Source: Candidatus Nanoarchaeia archaeon
GTDB taxonomy: Archaea > Nanobdellota > Nanobdellia > CSSed11-243R1
Assembly (NCBI GenBank): GCA_028713895.1
Contig: JAQTNH010000001.1
Location: 181,808 to 245,807 of the forward strand
DNA: 64,000 bases
Direction of reading: 5' to 3'
The position numbers were made by a program, and so were the translations under genes. Each line of letters starts with the position of its first letter. The stretch's first letter is position 1. Below are positions 1 through 8,912 of the stretch, piece after piece. The notes beneath the pieces were generated by a model that was not told the origin of the DNA, did no database searches, and was given only the letters and a program-made list of their open reading frames with translations.

Positions 1-1104
1 GCGAAGCTGGTTCCAAAAGTAATTGAAGAGTGCGGGCAGAAAGCCGTCAAGGCCGTGATAATAATTTCATCAGGGTTCTCTGAAGCAGGTAACAAGGCTC
101 TGGAAAAGGAAGTCATTGAAACTGCGCAGAAACACAACATTAGAATTCTAGGGCCGAACTGCCTCGGAGTAATTGTCCCGCGCATAAACATGAACGCGAG
201 CTTTTTCAGCAAGACTCCTGAAAAGGGCGGGATAACATTCATATCGCAGAGCGGAGCATTGGGGGTTGCAATGCTTGACTGGGCAATAAAGCACCAGCTC
301 GGCCTGAGCGCATTCGTGTCAATGGGAAATGCAGGCGATGTTGATTTCGCAGACATGATTAAATACTTTGAGAAAGACGCAGACACAAAAGCAATCTGCC
401 TGTACATGGAAAGCCTGAAAGACGGCAGAAAGTTTTTGGAAGCGACGAAAGACTGCAAAAAGCCGATAATTGTGCTGAAAGCTGGCAGGACTGAAGGCGG
501 GCAAAAAGCAGCAGCAACGCACACAGCAGCCCTGGCAACAGAGGACAGGGTTTATGACGGCGCGTTCAGGCAGTACAGGCTGATTCGCGTGAACACCCTT
601 TACCAGCTGTTTGAGATTGCGCAGTATTTTGTTTACGGGCACGCGCCAAAAGGAAAGCGCGGGCTGATAGTAACAAACGCGGGCGGGCCTGGAGTGCTGG
701 CAAGCGACGGATTTGAGCGCGAAGGGATTGAAATCGTAAAAATAGACGAGGCAAAAGAAGAGCTTAACAAAGTCCTGCCGCAGCAGTGGAGCAAAAGCAA
801 TCCTGTTGACATTGTCGGAGATGCAACACCTGACAGGTACAAGGCTGTGTTTGACGTCTTGAAAAACAAGAAGTTCTTTGACTTTGTGCTGTGCATACTC
901 ACCCCGCAGGCGATGACAGAGCCAAAGGATGTTGCTGAACTTTTCGTGAAATTTTACAGGGAGACTGGCGTCCCCTGCTTTGGGTGCTTCATGGGCGGGG
1001 ACTCAATCAGCACAGCGAAAAGGATATTAAGGGATAATCACATTACCAATTTTGTTGAGCCAGATTATGCGGCCAAAGTCATATCAAAGATGGTGAAAAA
1101 ATGA
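1..1104 (+). CDS. Acyl-CoA synthetase (ADP-forming) alpha subunit, C-terminal part; the reading frame is open from base 1, so the gene starts upstream of the window
   Basis: CoA-binding/succinyl-CoA-synthetase-like flavodoxin domain with the SQSGALG motif. The frame is open to the window edge. Confidence 0.6.
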   Translation, partial: AKLVPKVIEECGQKAVKAVIIISSGFSEAGNKALEKEVIETAQKHNIRILGPNCLGVIVPRINMNASFFSKTPEKGGITFISQSGALGVAMLDWAIKHQLGLSAFVSMGNAGDVDFADMIKYFEKDADTKAICLYMESLKDGRKFLEATKDCKKPIIVLKAGRTEGGQKAAATHTAALATEDRVYDGAFRQYRLIRVNTLYQLFEIAQYFVYGHAPKGKRGLIVTNAGGPGVLASDGFEREGIEIVKIDEAKEELNKVLPQQWSKSNPVDIVGDATPDRYKAVFDVLKNKKFFDFVLCILTPQAMTEPKDVAELFVKFYRETGVPCFGCFMGGDSISTAKRILRDNHITNFVEPDYAAKVISKMVKK

Positions 1105-1739
1105 ATATAAACCTTATCGAATTTTCAACTGCAGTCAAGGAAATAGTCCGCGGGAAAGTCTCGGACAAAACAACAGAGTTCTTGAAGTCGCTGCCAGACG
1201 GCGTAATAATAAAGAAATTTGGATTTATTCTGAATGGCAATACAATACAGGTGGTTTCGCCGTTCAGGAGCCTGCCTGCAATCACCAAAATGGTGCTGCG
1301 CGCAAGCGAGCATGACGATTACAACTACACAATCCGTGTGCAGGGAGACGGGCAGATGACAAACCTGACAAAGAGGTTCGTGTCTGCAGTTGATGTTGAC
1401 TCTGCAAAAAAAGAGCTTCTGCTCGGGAAAAATACAGACAGGGAATTCTACGAGATTGTCGCGACTCCGGACTTTGAAGTAAAATACACAGAGTACGAAG
1501 GCACAACAATCAAGGCAAATGACCCTGAGATGGCGCGGAAATACTTCCAGAGCCTGATGGGGCTGTTCCCGTATGTCGAGCTGGAAAAAACCCACAGGAA
1601 AGTAAAGATGGAGTTCGAGTTCCAGAAAGAGGCATACAAGGAGTTCCGCAAGGAACCTGCGCATAAAGGGCATCTTTCGTGCGCAATTGAGCTGGACGGA
1701 ATACCTGCAGGCACAAAAGGCGGAAGCTTCATTTACTGA
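1101..1739 (+). CDS. Hypothetical protein co-transcribed with the upstream synthetase gene (ATGA start/stop overlap)
   Basis: 212-aa ORF with a 4-nt overlap with the upstream gene. No ATP-grasp motifs are recognisable, so it is not called as the ACD beta subunit. Confidence 0.5.
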   Translation: MNINLIEFSTAVKEIVRGKVSDKTTEFLKSLPDGVIIKKFGFILNGNTIQVVSPFRSLPAITKMVLRASEHDDYNYTIRVQGDGQMTNLTKRFVSAVDVDSAKKELLLGKNTDREFYEIVATPDFEVKYTEYEGTTIKANDPEMARKYFQSLMGLFPYVELEKTHRKVKMEFEFQKEAYKEFRKEPAHKGHLSCAIELDGIPAGTKGGSFIY

Positions 1740-1744
1740 TTTTT

Positions 1745-1954
1745 ATGGCAGAATCTCTTGAAACAATAATCGGAACTGGGATGATACTAACCGCAGGAGC
1801 ATTAACATACAGCGCAGGATACACTCTGGAAAAATTTTCAGAAAACGGATACAAACTTGGAATCGCACTCAGTGCTATAGGATTTTTGCTTGCAGCTCCG
1901 CTTATGTTTATAGGGCCCTATCTTGTAAATCAGGGGATTCCAGAAGAGAAATAA
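1745..1954 (+). CDS. Small membrane protein (2 predicted TM helices)
   Basis: 69-aa hydrophobic ORF directly after the previous gene. Confidence 0.4.
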   Translation: MAESLETIIGTGMILTAGALTYSAGYTLEKFSENGYKLGIALSAIGFLLAAPLMFIGPYLVNQGIPEEK

Positions 1955-2236
1955 TCATTTCTTCTTTTTCAATTCGGGCTTTTTGCCAGTGATATCAAAG
2001 CCTGACTTCACCAATTGCTCGCTTGTCATGATTTTTACGTTCTTCTCGCTGGACTTCTCGCCAAACATCTGGAGAATCTGCTCAACTGACTTGTTTCCCT
2101 GCTCGTTCAGGCAGACATCGCAGACTTTTGCGCACTTGCTGTCTTCGTTATCATAGACAATGCGGATTTCCTTGATAAATTTGCATATAGAACATTTGTC
2201 TTTTTCATAGCCGAGTGATATGCCGTAGCGCGCCAT
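1955..2236 (-). CDS. Small zinc-ribbon protein (CxxC...CxxVCxxC), translationally coupled to the upstream GTPase gene
   Basis: Start MARYG at 2236 overlaps the stop codon of the GTPase gene. It has a Cys cluster and a Lys-rich tail. Confidence 0.5.
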   Translation of the reverse strand: MARYGISLGYEKDKCSICKFIKEIRIVYDNEDSKCAKVCDVCLNEQGNKSVEQILQMFGEKSSEKNVKIMTSEQLVKSGFDITGKKPELKKKK

Positions 2237-3297
2237 TATGCCTTGCCTTCGTGGATTTTTCCTGCACCAACAACCTTGATGCTTTTCCAATGCGCTTCAG
2301 GATTATAAATTATGCAGTGCTGCCCTTTTTCAAATGCGAACGCGACTTTTGTCTCGACTGTGACATGTGCTTTTTGCCCGGTTGTAATGCTCTGGACTTC
2401 TGCGCCGTCTTTTACTATTTTTGTGACTGTGACCGGGAGTGTCTGCATTCCTATGTTAAACAGGACTTCGCTGTCCTGCCTGAGCTCGTCCTTGAAGAAC
2501 TTGCTCACTTCAAAATCAGCAATAATAGTTTTGCCTTTCTCGAGCGAACCTTCTGCTGCAACAACATCGCCCTGCTGGACATCCCATTTGTTCAGCCCTT
2601 TGTAAAGAATATCAACACGCTGGCCTGCAGCCGCCTTCTCGACAACAAGCCCCTCGACTTTGATTTCCTGGACAATGAATTCCTTTGTCCACGGCATCAT
2701 GAAAGTTTTATCGTACTTTTTGACGGTGCCGCGGTCAATCACTCCGACAATTGATGTGAACCCGCTCTTTGCCTCGACAGGAGCCTCGATTCCCATTTTG
2801 AATTTCCCGTTTGCATCGCGCAATTTTGGGCTAAGCTGGGTGAGGGCTGTTTTCAATTCATTGAATCCCTCCTCAGTCAGGGAGGATGTGCCGATGATTT
2901 CAACATTCTTCAAGGAAGTTTCTGCGAGAATCTTCGGGAGCACTGCCTTGAGCCTGTCAACATTTTCAGGGGCTGAGTCTGTTTTTGTGATTGCAATGAC
3001 TCCGCTCTCAAGCTTCATGTAATTTATGAGGAGGATTAGCTCTCCGAGCTTTGGCAAATCAATTGTTGCAGGCACGCAGAACAAACAGGCGTCTGCTTCA
3101 GCCATCAAAGCAAGGGTCGGCTTTATTTTCATTGAGTCGTAGGGCGCGTCTGCAAGATAAACAAGCGCGTCCCCTATCTTGAAAGAATGACAGGTATAAT
3201 CTTCAGTCTCTATTTCCAGCTTCTGCTGCAGCATTTTTACGATAGTTGTTTTTCCGGACTCCTTGGGCCCGATTACGCAAACTTGCAAGCTTTTCAT
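2236..3297 (-). CDS. EF-Tu/SelB/aIF2-gamma-like translational GTPase paralog (G domain plus beta-barrel domains II/III)
   Basis: P-loop GPKESGKTT, G4 TKTD and G5 SSL motifs. The G3 motif is degenerate (DAPY instead of DxxG). The start MKSLQ at 3297 was chosen over the 47-aa upstream extension of the ORF-track call. Confidence 0.6.
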   Translation of the reverse strand: MKSLQVCVIGPKESGKTTIVKMLQQKLEIETEDYTCHSFKIGDALVYLADAPYDSMKIKPTLALMAEADACLFCVPATIDLPKLGELILLINYMKLESGVIAITKTDSAPENVDRLKAVLPKILAETSLKNVEIIGTSSLTEEGFNELKTALTQLSPKLRDANGKFKMGIEAPVEAKSGFTSIVGVIDRGTVKKYDKTFMMPWTKEFIVQEIKVEGLVVEKAAAGQRVDILYKGLNKWDVQQGDVVAAEGSLEKGKTIIADFEVSKFFKDELRQDSEVLFNIGMQTLPVTVTKIVKDGAEVQSITTGQKAHVTVETKVAFAFEKGQHCIIYNPEAHWKSIKVVGAGKIHEGKA

Positions 3298-3376
3298 AGA
3301 AAGGGCAAAATGATTTGATTTTATAAAAGTTATGTTTAGCTTCAGCATACATTTAGAAACTGTTAAATAGAATAAA

Positions 3377-3715
3377 TTGTTTGGTGTGATTATGATTGTT
3401 AAAAAATATGAGTTCTTGGAACCTGATGGAATACTCAATGAATTAAAGAGTTTATTGGAAGATGAAGCAGATATAGGACATGGCGGATGGTTTGGAGATG
3501 CGGATGTTTATCATTTGGGAGACTCAACTCTGGTTATGGAATATGAATTAAATGAGCACCAGCCAGGTGCCAAATTTAGCTATCTTAGATGTTATCTGGC
3601 GTCATCAAATGAGGAAATCAACAAAAAAGATTTTGACCTGCTTGTGGGGTATATACGCAGGATAAAACCAGACTGTGATTTAACCAAAGTTTTGAATGAA
3701 ACCAAACCAGCTTAG
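3377..3715 (+). CDS. Hypothetical protein
   Basis: 112-aa ORF. The start could instead be MIVKK at 3392. Confidence 0.4.
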   Translation: MFGVIMIVKKYEFLEPDGILNELKSLLEDEADIGHGGWFGDADVYHLGDSTLVMEYELNEHQPGAKFSYLRCYLASSNEEINKKDFDLLVGYIRRIKPDCDLTKVLNETKPA

Positions 3716-4254
3716 CTGCGTATATCGGTTTCAAACTTCTCAATAAAGGACCGGATTTGGGTGAACCTGTCGAAGATTGACCTGCTCTTGTGGTATCTGC
3801 CCTGCTTCTTCTCGACGAGCCCGATGGCTTTGAGCTTGTTGAGGATTGAATAATAGCTTGAGACGCAGGAATTCCACTTCAAAGCCTTTTCAAGCACCTG
3901 CTTTTCAGCTTCACTAAGACTCAGCCTGCCTTTGCTGTGCATGCCGAGCAGGTTTTCATACGGCTTGCTTCCGCGCTTTGTGTCAGTGATGTTGTGCTTG
4001 AGGATTATCCCGTCGAGAAGCGCGCTGTCTTCTGCTGAAACCTGCTTTGTATTGAAGATTGTCTCGATGTAGCTCTTCCAGTTCGCAGCTGAAAGCCCGA
4101 GTTCTTTCCTGTCATAAATCAAACGCATGAGTTCGTATGCAGGCGCTGAAAGATTTTCATCCTTATAGAACACGTCTTTCAAAAAATCATTCAGGATTTC
4201 ATAATTGCTTGACCTGAACTTGATTAATGTCTTGTTTTTGTCTTTGATAGGCAT
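3712..4254 (-). CDS. Winged-helix DNA-binding protein (MarR/ArsR-like wHTH near the C-terminus)
   Basis: The segment SYYSILNKLKAIGLVEKKQGRY resembles a wHTH recognition helix plus wing. Confidence 0.5.
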   Translation of the reverse strand: MPIKDKNKTLIKFRSSNYEILNDFLKDVFYKDENLSAPAYELMRLIYDRKELGLSAANWKSYIETIFNTKQVSAEDSALLDGIILKHNITDTKRGSKPYENLLGMHSKGRLSLSEAEKQVLEKALKWNSCVSSYYSILNKLKAIGLVEKKQGRYHKSRSIFDRFTQIRSFIEKFETDIRS

Positions 4255-4324
4255 GAAATTGACTTGATTTTTTGGATTTATAATGATATCGCACCTGAAA
4301 AAAGATTATAAAGACAATAATTTT

Positions 4325-4600
4325 TGTTTAGCTGGTATGGTAATAGTCCGGGAAGGTTATGCAATCATCGCTGCGAGCGAGAGCAAGGCATTGCAGAGAG
4401 ATATGGACTTGTTATAGCTCCTGATGAAGACATTAACTGCCTGAGCGTAGAGTATTTGAAAGAACTCCATGCACAAAACCCAAAGGCGGCAGCCGTACTG
4501 ATTAATACAATTCCTCCGGGCTTGGACGCCTGTAGCGGGCTTGAAAAAGCAGTGCACGCAAGTTTACGCATCAAAAAGCATATAAAGATGTAAATTGATG
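4325..4600 (+). ncRNA. rnpB: Candidate structured ncRNA, possibly a reduced RNase P RNA
   Basis: GC-rich ~275-nt segment covered only by three mutually overlapping short ORFs on both strands. The 5' segment TAGTCCGGGAAGG and the 3' segment ACAATTCCTCCGGGCTTGG, ~165 nt apart, resemble the two strands of the RNase P P4 pseudoknot (AGUCCGGGC / ACAGAAnCCCGGCUUA). There are internal hairpins (TGCAAT...ATTGCA) and a GAAAG motif. Confidence 0.35.
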
Positions 4601-4608
4601 TATATTGC

Positions 4609-4824
4609 ATGAGATTCCAGATGAGCGTGTCAAAAGAAATGGCTTCTGCGCTTAATTGCGAGCAGAAAGAGCGAATGCTTGGAAGCCTGCAGGAAACAAT
4701 GCGCTCGATTATTGCGGATTACTTTATGATTAAAAGGATGCAGAGCCAGGAGTCTGCGCCGAAAAAAATAAAAAAACAAAAAGAAGAAAAACTTGAAATA
4801 ATCCACAACCCCCTGGTTGTGTGA
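4609..4824 (+). CDS. Hypothetical small protein
   Basis: 71-aa ORF with a Lys-rich C-terminal region. Confidence 0.3.
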   Translation: MRFQMSVSKEMASALNCEQKERMLGSLQETMRSIIADYFMIKRMQSQESAPKKIKKQKEEKLEIIHNPLVV

Positions 4825-5031
4825 TTACTTCTTATAGTCTTTTACAACATAGTATACCATCCATAAGCCCGCTATTCCCACAAGCATGTAGACTAATGTT
4901 GCAATTATGTTGATTTTTATCAGCTGCACAAACAAGAAGTTGACTAAATCGAACCCGAAGAGTCCGTAAAGCCCCCAGTTTAATGCACCGATAATCACCA
5001 GAACTAATGCAATAAGGTCCATTTTCTCCAT
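4825..5031 (-). CDS. DUF378-family small membrane protein
   Basis: The motif LNWGLYGLFGFDLV and two TM helices are typical of DUF378. Confidence 0.6.
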   Translation of the reverse strand: MEKMDLIALVLVIIGALNWGLYGLFGFDLVNFLFVQLIKINIIATLVYMLVGIAGLWMVYYVVKDYKK

Positions 5032-5093
5032 TGCACTGTCACCTCCACCATTGATATAAAACAGAAGAAGTTTTTAAGTTATTAACTTTGCTT

Positions 5094-5231
5094 TCAGTCA
5101 GCGAATTCGTCGCGGCCAAACAGCACTTCGCCTGTGTAGCCGCAGTCCTCGCAGAAATGTTTACCTGCATCTGCGCCGCTTTCAATAAAAGTTATATTGA
5201 CCGAAGCGCAGTGCGGGCATTTCTTCACCAT
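5094..5231 (-). CDS. Zinc-ribbon micro-protein (45 aa, CPHC...CEDCGY)
   Basis: Not in the ORF track because it is under 60 aa. Its ATG overlaps the TAA of the upstream micro-gene (TAATG). Four Cys are arranged as two CxxC pairs. Confidence 0.45.
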   Translation of the reverse strand: MVKKCPHCASVNITFIESGADAGKHFCEDCGYTGEVLFGRDEFAD

Positions 5232-5374
5232 TATTTCTTTGCCAATTTGTGTTTTTTGATGTACTGCCAGATTTTCTTTGTCATCTCAGACGGAGTCACT
5301 GCTTTGTTTCCTACAATTGCTGCAAATTTTTCGTCTGGTTTAATCTGATAGCCGCCAAATGGTTTTTTTGCCAT
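5231..5374 (-). CDS. SWIB/MDM2-like half-domain micro-protein (47 aa)
   Basis: MAKKPFGGYQIKPDEKFAAIVGNKAVTPSEMTKKIWQYIKKHKLAKK matches the N-terminal half of the SWIB consensus (LSPELAAFVG...SRTEVVKKLWEYIKENNL). The call rests on recalled family patterns, not a search. Not in the ORF track. Confidence 0.4.
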   Translation of the reverse strand: MAKKPFGGYQIKPDEKFAAIVGNKAVTPSEMTKKIWQYIKKHKLAKK

Positions 5375-5443
5375 GATTGCACCTCACTTTTGATAAAATA
5401 GATAAACCCTAAGGACTTATAAAATATTATGTGAGGTGAGTTT

Positions 5444-5707
5444 ATGGCGAAACCAGAACATAATCCAATGGCTGTGGCAAAAACAGCAGCAGTGATGTTC
5501 GGAGCATGGACAGCTTTGCTGTGGATTATTGGAAGCATAGGGATTTACAGCGGAAACGGAATTTATGGCGGAATGTTTACAATGCTTAAAAGCTGCCATC
5601 TTTTCTTCGACGTAGGAGCGCTTGGCTTAATACTGGGCACTGCTGAATCGCTGGTATACGGCTTTGTTGCAGGATACGCATTTGCGTGGCTGTACAACAA
5701 GATGTAA
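5444..5707 (+). CDS. Small membrane protein
   Basis: 87 aa with 2-3 TM helices. Confidence 0.5.
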   Translation: MAKPEHNPMAVAKTAAVMFGAWTALLWIIGSIGIYSGNGIYGGMFTMLKSCHLFFDVGALGLILGTAESLVYGFVAGYAFAWLYNKM

Positions 5708-5793
5708 AGTTTTTTAAAGAGTTCATTATTTGAATTTTTATGGAACTTCCTTTTTAAGTAGTTCTAATAAGAAAAAGAGATGTAACAGCAGTT

Positions 5794-6843
5794 ATGGCAA
5801 AAAATGATTTGAAAAAATATGTGGGAAAGAAAGTCGCAGTTGCAATGAGCGGAGGCGTTGACTCAAGCGTCGCAGCCTATCTGCTAAAAAAAGCCGGCGC
5901 AGACGTGTTCGGAGTCACGATGCAGATTGTTCCGTGGTCGCGCTGCTGCCTGCCTAAAGACATTGTCATGGCAAAAGTGATTGCGCACCAGCTCGGGATA
6001 AAGCATTATGTCATCAACCTGATAAAGCCGTTCAAAAAGGCGGCAATAGATTATTTTGTTCGGGAAAGCCGCAGGGGAAGAAATCCCAATCCGTGCGTTC
6101 CATGCAACCTGGAAATAAAGTTCGGGGCGCTCATGAAAGCGGCAGCAGCGAAAGGCGCAGAATTCTTTGCAACAGGGCATTATGCGCGGCTGGAAAACGG
6201 GAAGCTCAAACGCCCGAAGGATGTGAAAAAGGACCAGTCGTATGTTCTCGGCATGCTGCCAAAAGAAATTTTCAAAAAGCTGATTTTCCCGATAGGAGAC
6301 TATACAAAAGAGAATGTCCGCAAGATTGCGGCAAAAGCAAAGATACCTGCAGCAGAGAAACCCGGCAACCAGGACTTGTGCTTCCTTAACATGGAAAAGG
6401 GAAACTTCATAGAGGACTGGAGCAAAAAAAAGAACAAACCAGGAAACATTGTGGACAATAAAGGGAAAAGTCTCGGAAAGCACGAGGGAATTGTGCATTA
6501 CACAGTAGGACAACGGAGAGGGTTGGGTTTGAACACGCAGGAAAAGCTTTATGTGACAGAAGTTGATGCTGGAAAAAACAGGATTGTTGTGGGCGCTGCA
6601 GGGGAACTGTTCAGGAAAGACTTTTATGTTGATGATGTGAACTGGCTCACTGATGCGCCGAAGAAATTGATGAATGTTGACGTGCTTGTGCGCAACAAGG
6701 CTGAACCGCAGAAAGCAAAGATTTTAATTGCAGGGAATCAAGTTAAAGTGACGCCTGCAAAGCCAATCTGGGCAGTGAGCCCTGGGCAGATTGCAGTGTT
6801 CTTGAAAGGAGATGTTGTACTTGGCGGCGGATGGATACTGTAG
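5794..6843 (+). CDS. mnmA: tRNA-specific 2-thiouridylase MnmA
   Basis: PP-loop SGGVDSSV, catalytic Cys motifs NPCVPCN, length 349 aa. Confidence 0.85.
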   Translation: MAKNDLKKYVGKKVAVAMSGGVDSSVAAYLLKKAGADVFGVTMQIVPWSRCCLPKDIVMAKVIAHQLGIKHYVINLIKPFKKAAIDYFVRESRRGRNPNPCVPCNLEIKFGALMKAAAAKGAEFFATGHYARLENGKLKRPKDVKKDQSYVLGMLPKEIFKKLIFPIGDYTKENVRKIAAKAKIPAAEKPGNQDLCFLNMEKGNFIEDWSKKKNKPGNIVDNKGKSLGKHEGIVHYTVGQRRGLGLNTQEKLYVTEVDAGKNRIVVGAAGELFRKDFYVDDVNWLTDAPKKLMNVDVLVRNKAEPQKAKILIAGNQVKVTPAKPIWAVSPGQIAVFLKGDVVLGGGWIL

Positions 6844-6856
6844 CGACCTCATTGAG

Positions 6857-7567
6857 ATGAAGAAATACATAAATCACAGAGTTAACTCGCTTACAGAATT
6901 GCATATAATTGATTACTTAAGCCGATATTCTGACATGCTTCTTGAAGAGATTGTAAAAAAACCAAATTATAGATATGTAGTGATTGACAACAAGCTGGCA
7001 TACTCCTGCTGCAAAAAAAAGTTATCGCAAATGCTGACAAACATACACGGGGAATACGAAATGGCGTTCAGCATGAGAATTGATGACATGAACACGTTGG
7101 CTGAACTGGTTGCAAAGCAGGGACTGCATGACCTTGAGACTATGGCGCGGCTGGGCGAAAGCTGCTACAGTGTAAGCCATATTGCATCTGATAACCAGGA
7201 TGATGACGTGTCTGCGGTGGGAAAGATAATGGCGTATTCTGTGCTGCACTCTGCGTTTAACAGGGTGTTTAACTTTAAAATTAGAAACGAAAGAGGCAAA
7301 GAAGTCATATTCAACGCAAACACCCTGTCAAAGTGCTCAAAAGAAATATGTGAAAACAGGCTGTACACGGGCGATGAGACAAAAGAGAGATTGATATCCC
7401 TTCTTCCAAAAGTTTTGCGCGACCCAAAGTCAATTGCTTATTTTGAGACAAGGCTGCGCACATTCAGCTATCAAAGGGTGCAGAAAAGGAAAGGACTGCT
7501 GGAGAAGTTTGAAAGCGGGGAAATATCCCATGCGAGCATATACATCAAACAGGACTACGCTGCATAG
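6857..7567 (+). CDS. Hypothetical protein
   Basis: ORF 6812..7567. The internal start MKKYI at 6857 avoids overlap with mnmA. Confidence 0.45.
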   Translation: MKKYINHRVNSLTELHIIDYLSRYSDMLLEEIVKKPNYRYVVIDNKLAYSCCKKKLSQMLTNIHGEYEMAFSMRIDDMNTLAELVAKQGLHDLETMARLGESCYSVSHIASDNQDDDVSAVGKIMAYSVLHSAFNRVFNFKIRNERGKEVIFNANTLSKCSKEICENRLYTGDETKERLISLLPKVLRDPKSIAYFETRLRTFSYQRVQKRKGLLEKFESGEISHASIYIKQDYAA

Positions 7568-7623
7568 AACACCAGGGCTGCATTGAATACATTTAAAAAG
7601 GGGCATTTCTTTTTTTTGGTTAT

Positions 7624-8901
7624 ATGGATGAACCCAAAACATTTGAAGAACTGAACATAAGCGCTGATTTAAAAAGAGCGCTAAAAGAGCTTAATCTTAC
7701 CTCACTTTTTCCCATCCAGGCGCAGGCAATACCGCTGATGCTTGACGGAAAGGACATAATAGGGCAGGCGCAGACTGGAACAGGCAAGACAGCCGCATTT
7801 GCGATTCCGATAATTGAAAAGATAGATGCAAGCCTTGGAGCGCCGCAGGCAATGGTGCTTGTGCCGACACGCGAGCTTGCTGTGCAGGTCTGCGATGAGA
7901 TAAAAAAGCTCAGCAGATACAAACGCATCAACACGCTGGCAGTATATGGCGGCGCAAGCATTGAGCGCCAGATTGAAGCAATGGAACGCGGAGTTCACGT
8001 AATTGTGGGGACCCCGGGAAGAATAATTGACCACCTGAAGCGAGGAACACTGCGTTTAAGCAGGATAAAAATGTTTATTCTTGACGAAGCAGACAGAATG
8101 CTTGACATGGGATTCATTGACGACATAAAATTTGTGCTTGAACTGATTCCGCAGGACAAACAGACAGCACTGTTCTCAGCAACAATGCCTGAACCAATTG
8201 TTTATCTTGCAAAGGATTACATGAGAGACTACCAAATGATTTCGGTGAGCAAGGACGAAATAACAGTCGAGGAAATCGAGCAGGTGTATGTTGAGGTTGA
8301 CTATTACAACAAGATTGACACTCTCAAAAAAATAATCCAGGTCGAGCAGATTGAGTCTGCAATAATTTTCTGCAACACGAAACTCGGGGTGGACAAGCTC
8401 CAGAGCATCCTGCAAAAGATGAGATACCACGCAGAAGCAATCCATGGAAACCTTTCGCAGGGCAGAAGAAACAAGGTTATGGCTGATTTCAAGGCAGGCA
8501 GAATCCAGTTCATGATTGCAACAGATGTTGCAGCGCGAGGGCTGGACATAAAAGGGGTAAGCCATATCATAAATTACAATGCGCCTAAAGACCCGAAAGA
8601 TTATGTGCACAGGATAGGAAGAACAGGCAGGGCTGGAAAAACAGGCAAGGCAATCACATTCATTTCTGACCAGGATGCTGAAGCGCTCGGAAGCATTGAG
8701 TGGTACATCAACATGAAAATAAAGAAGGTTGATTATGGCGTGCCAAAGAGCAAGCAGCAGGGACCGCGCAGCCACGGCGGACAGCAGGGCGGATATGGCG
8801 GGCAACGCGGCGGATATGGGCAGCGCAGCGGGTATGGAGAACGCGGCGGAAACCAGGAAGCGCGACGCGAGCGCAACAAGTATGCCCTTGGCGAATTTTA
8901 A
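7624..8901 (+). CDS. DEAD-box ATP-dependent RNA helicase with a Gly/Gln-rich C-terminal tail
   Basis: Q-motif, AQTGTGKT, DEAD, SAT and HRIGRTGR motifs. The tail is GGQQGGYGGQRGGYG. Confidence 0.9.
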   Translation: MDEPKTFEELNISADLKRALKELNLTSLFPIQAQAIPLMLDGKDIIGQAQTGTGKTAAFAIPIIEKIDASLGAPQAMVLVPTRELAVQVCDEIKKLSRYKRINTLAVYGGASIERQIEAMERGVHVIVGTPGRIIDHLKRGTLRLSRIKMFILDEADRMLDMGFIDDIKFVLELIPQDKQTALFSATMPEPIVYLAKDYMRDYQMISVSKDEITVEEIEQVYVEVDYYNKIDTLKKIIQVEQIESAIIFCNTKLGVDKLQSILQKMRYHAEAIHGNLSQGRRNKVMADFKAGRIQFMIATDVAARGLDIKGVSHIINYNAPKDPKDYVHRIGRTGRAGKTGKAITFISDQDAEALGSIEWYINMKIKKVDYGVPKSKQQGPRSHGGQQGGYGGQRGGYGQRSGYGERGGNQEARRERNKYALGEF

Positions 8902-8912
8902 AAACCCTAAAG

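Noticed and set aside
1101-1739. Calling 1101..1739 the ACD beta (ATP-grasp) subunit
   Set aside because: No ATP-grasp motifs are recognisable. Only operon coupling supports the idea.
1955-2290. Calling the small Cys protein aIF2-beta
   Set aside because: The Cys cluster is N-terminal and the eIF2B_5 core is absent, so only 'zinc-ribbon protein' is supported.
2215-3022. Plus-strand ORFs 2215..2754, 2312..2605 and 2660..3022
   Set aside because: They are antisense inside the GTPase gene and have no motifs.
3298-3438. 47-aa N-terminal extension of the GTPase ORF
   Set aside because: The extension has odd composition. The P-loop begins 10 aa after the internal Met, which matches EF-Tu-family spacing.
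4324-4610. Three overlapping short ORFs (4324..4593 +, 4357..4557 -, 4365..4610 -)
   Set aside because: They overlap one another on both strands in a GC-rich segment and have no plausible protein features. The region is interpreted as a structured ncRNA instead.
5088-5348. 86-aa plus-strand ORF
   Set aside because: It is antisense to two well-formed coupled micro-genes (SWIB-like and zinc ribbon) that have proper start/stop overlap. The plus-strand product is Cys/Phe-rich low-complexity sequence.
5884-6513. 209-aa minus-strand ORF
   Set aside because: It lies entirely antisense within mnmA.
8176-8805. 209-aa minus-strand ORF
   Set aside because: It is antisense within the DEAD-box helicase gene.
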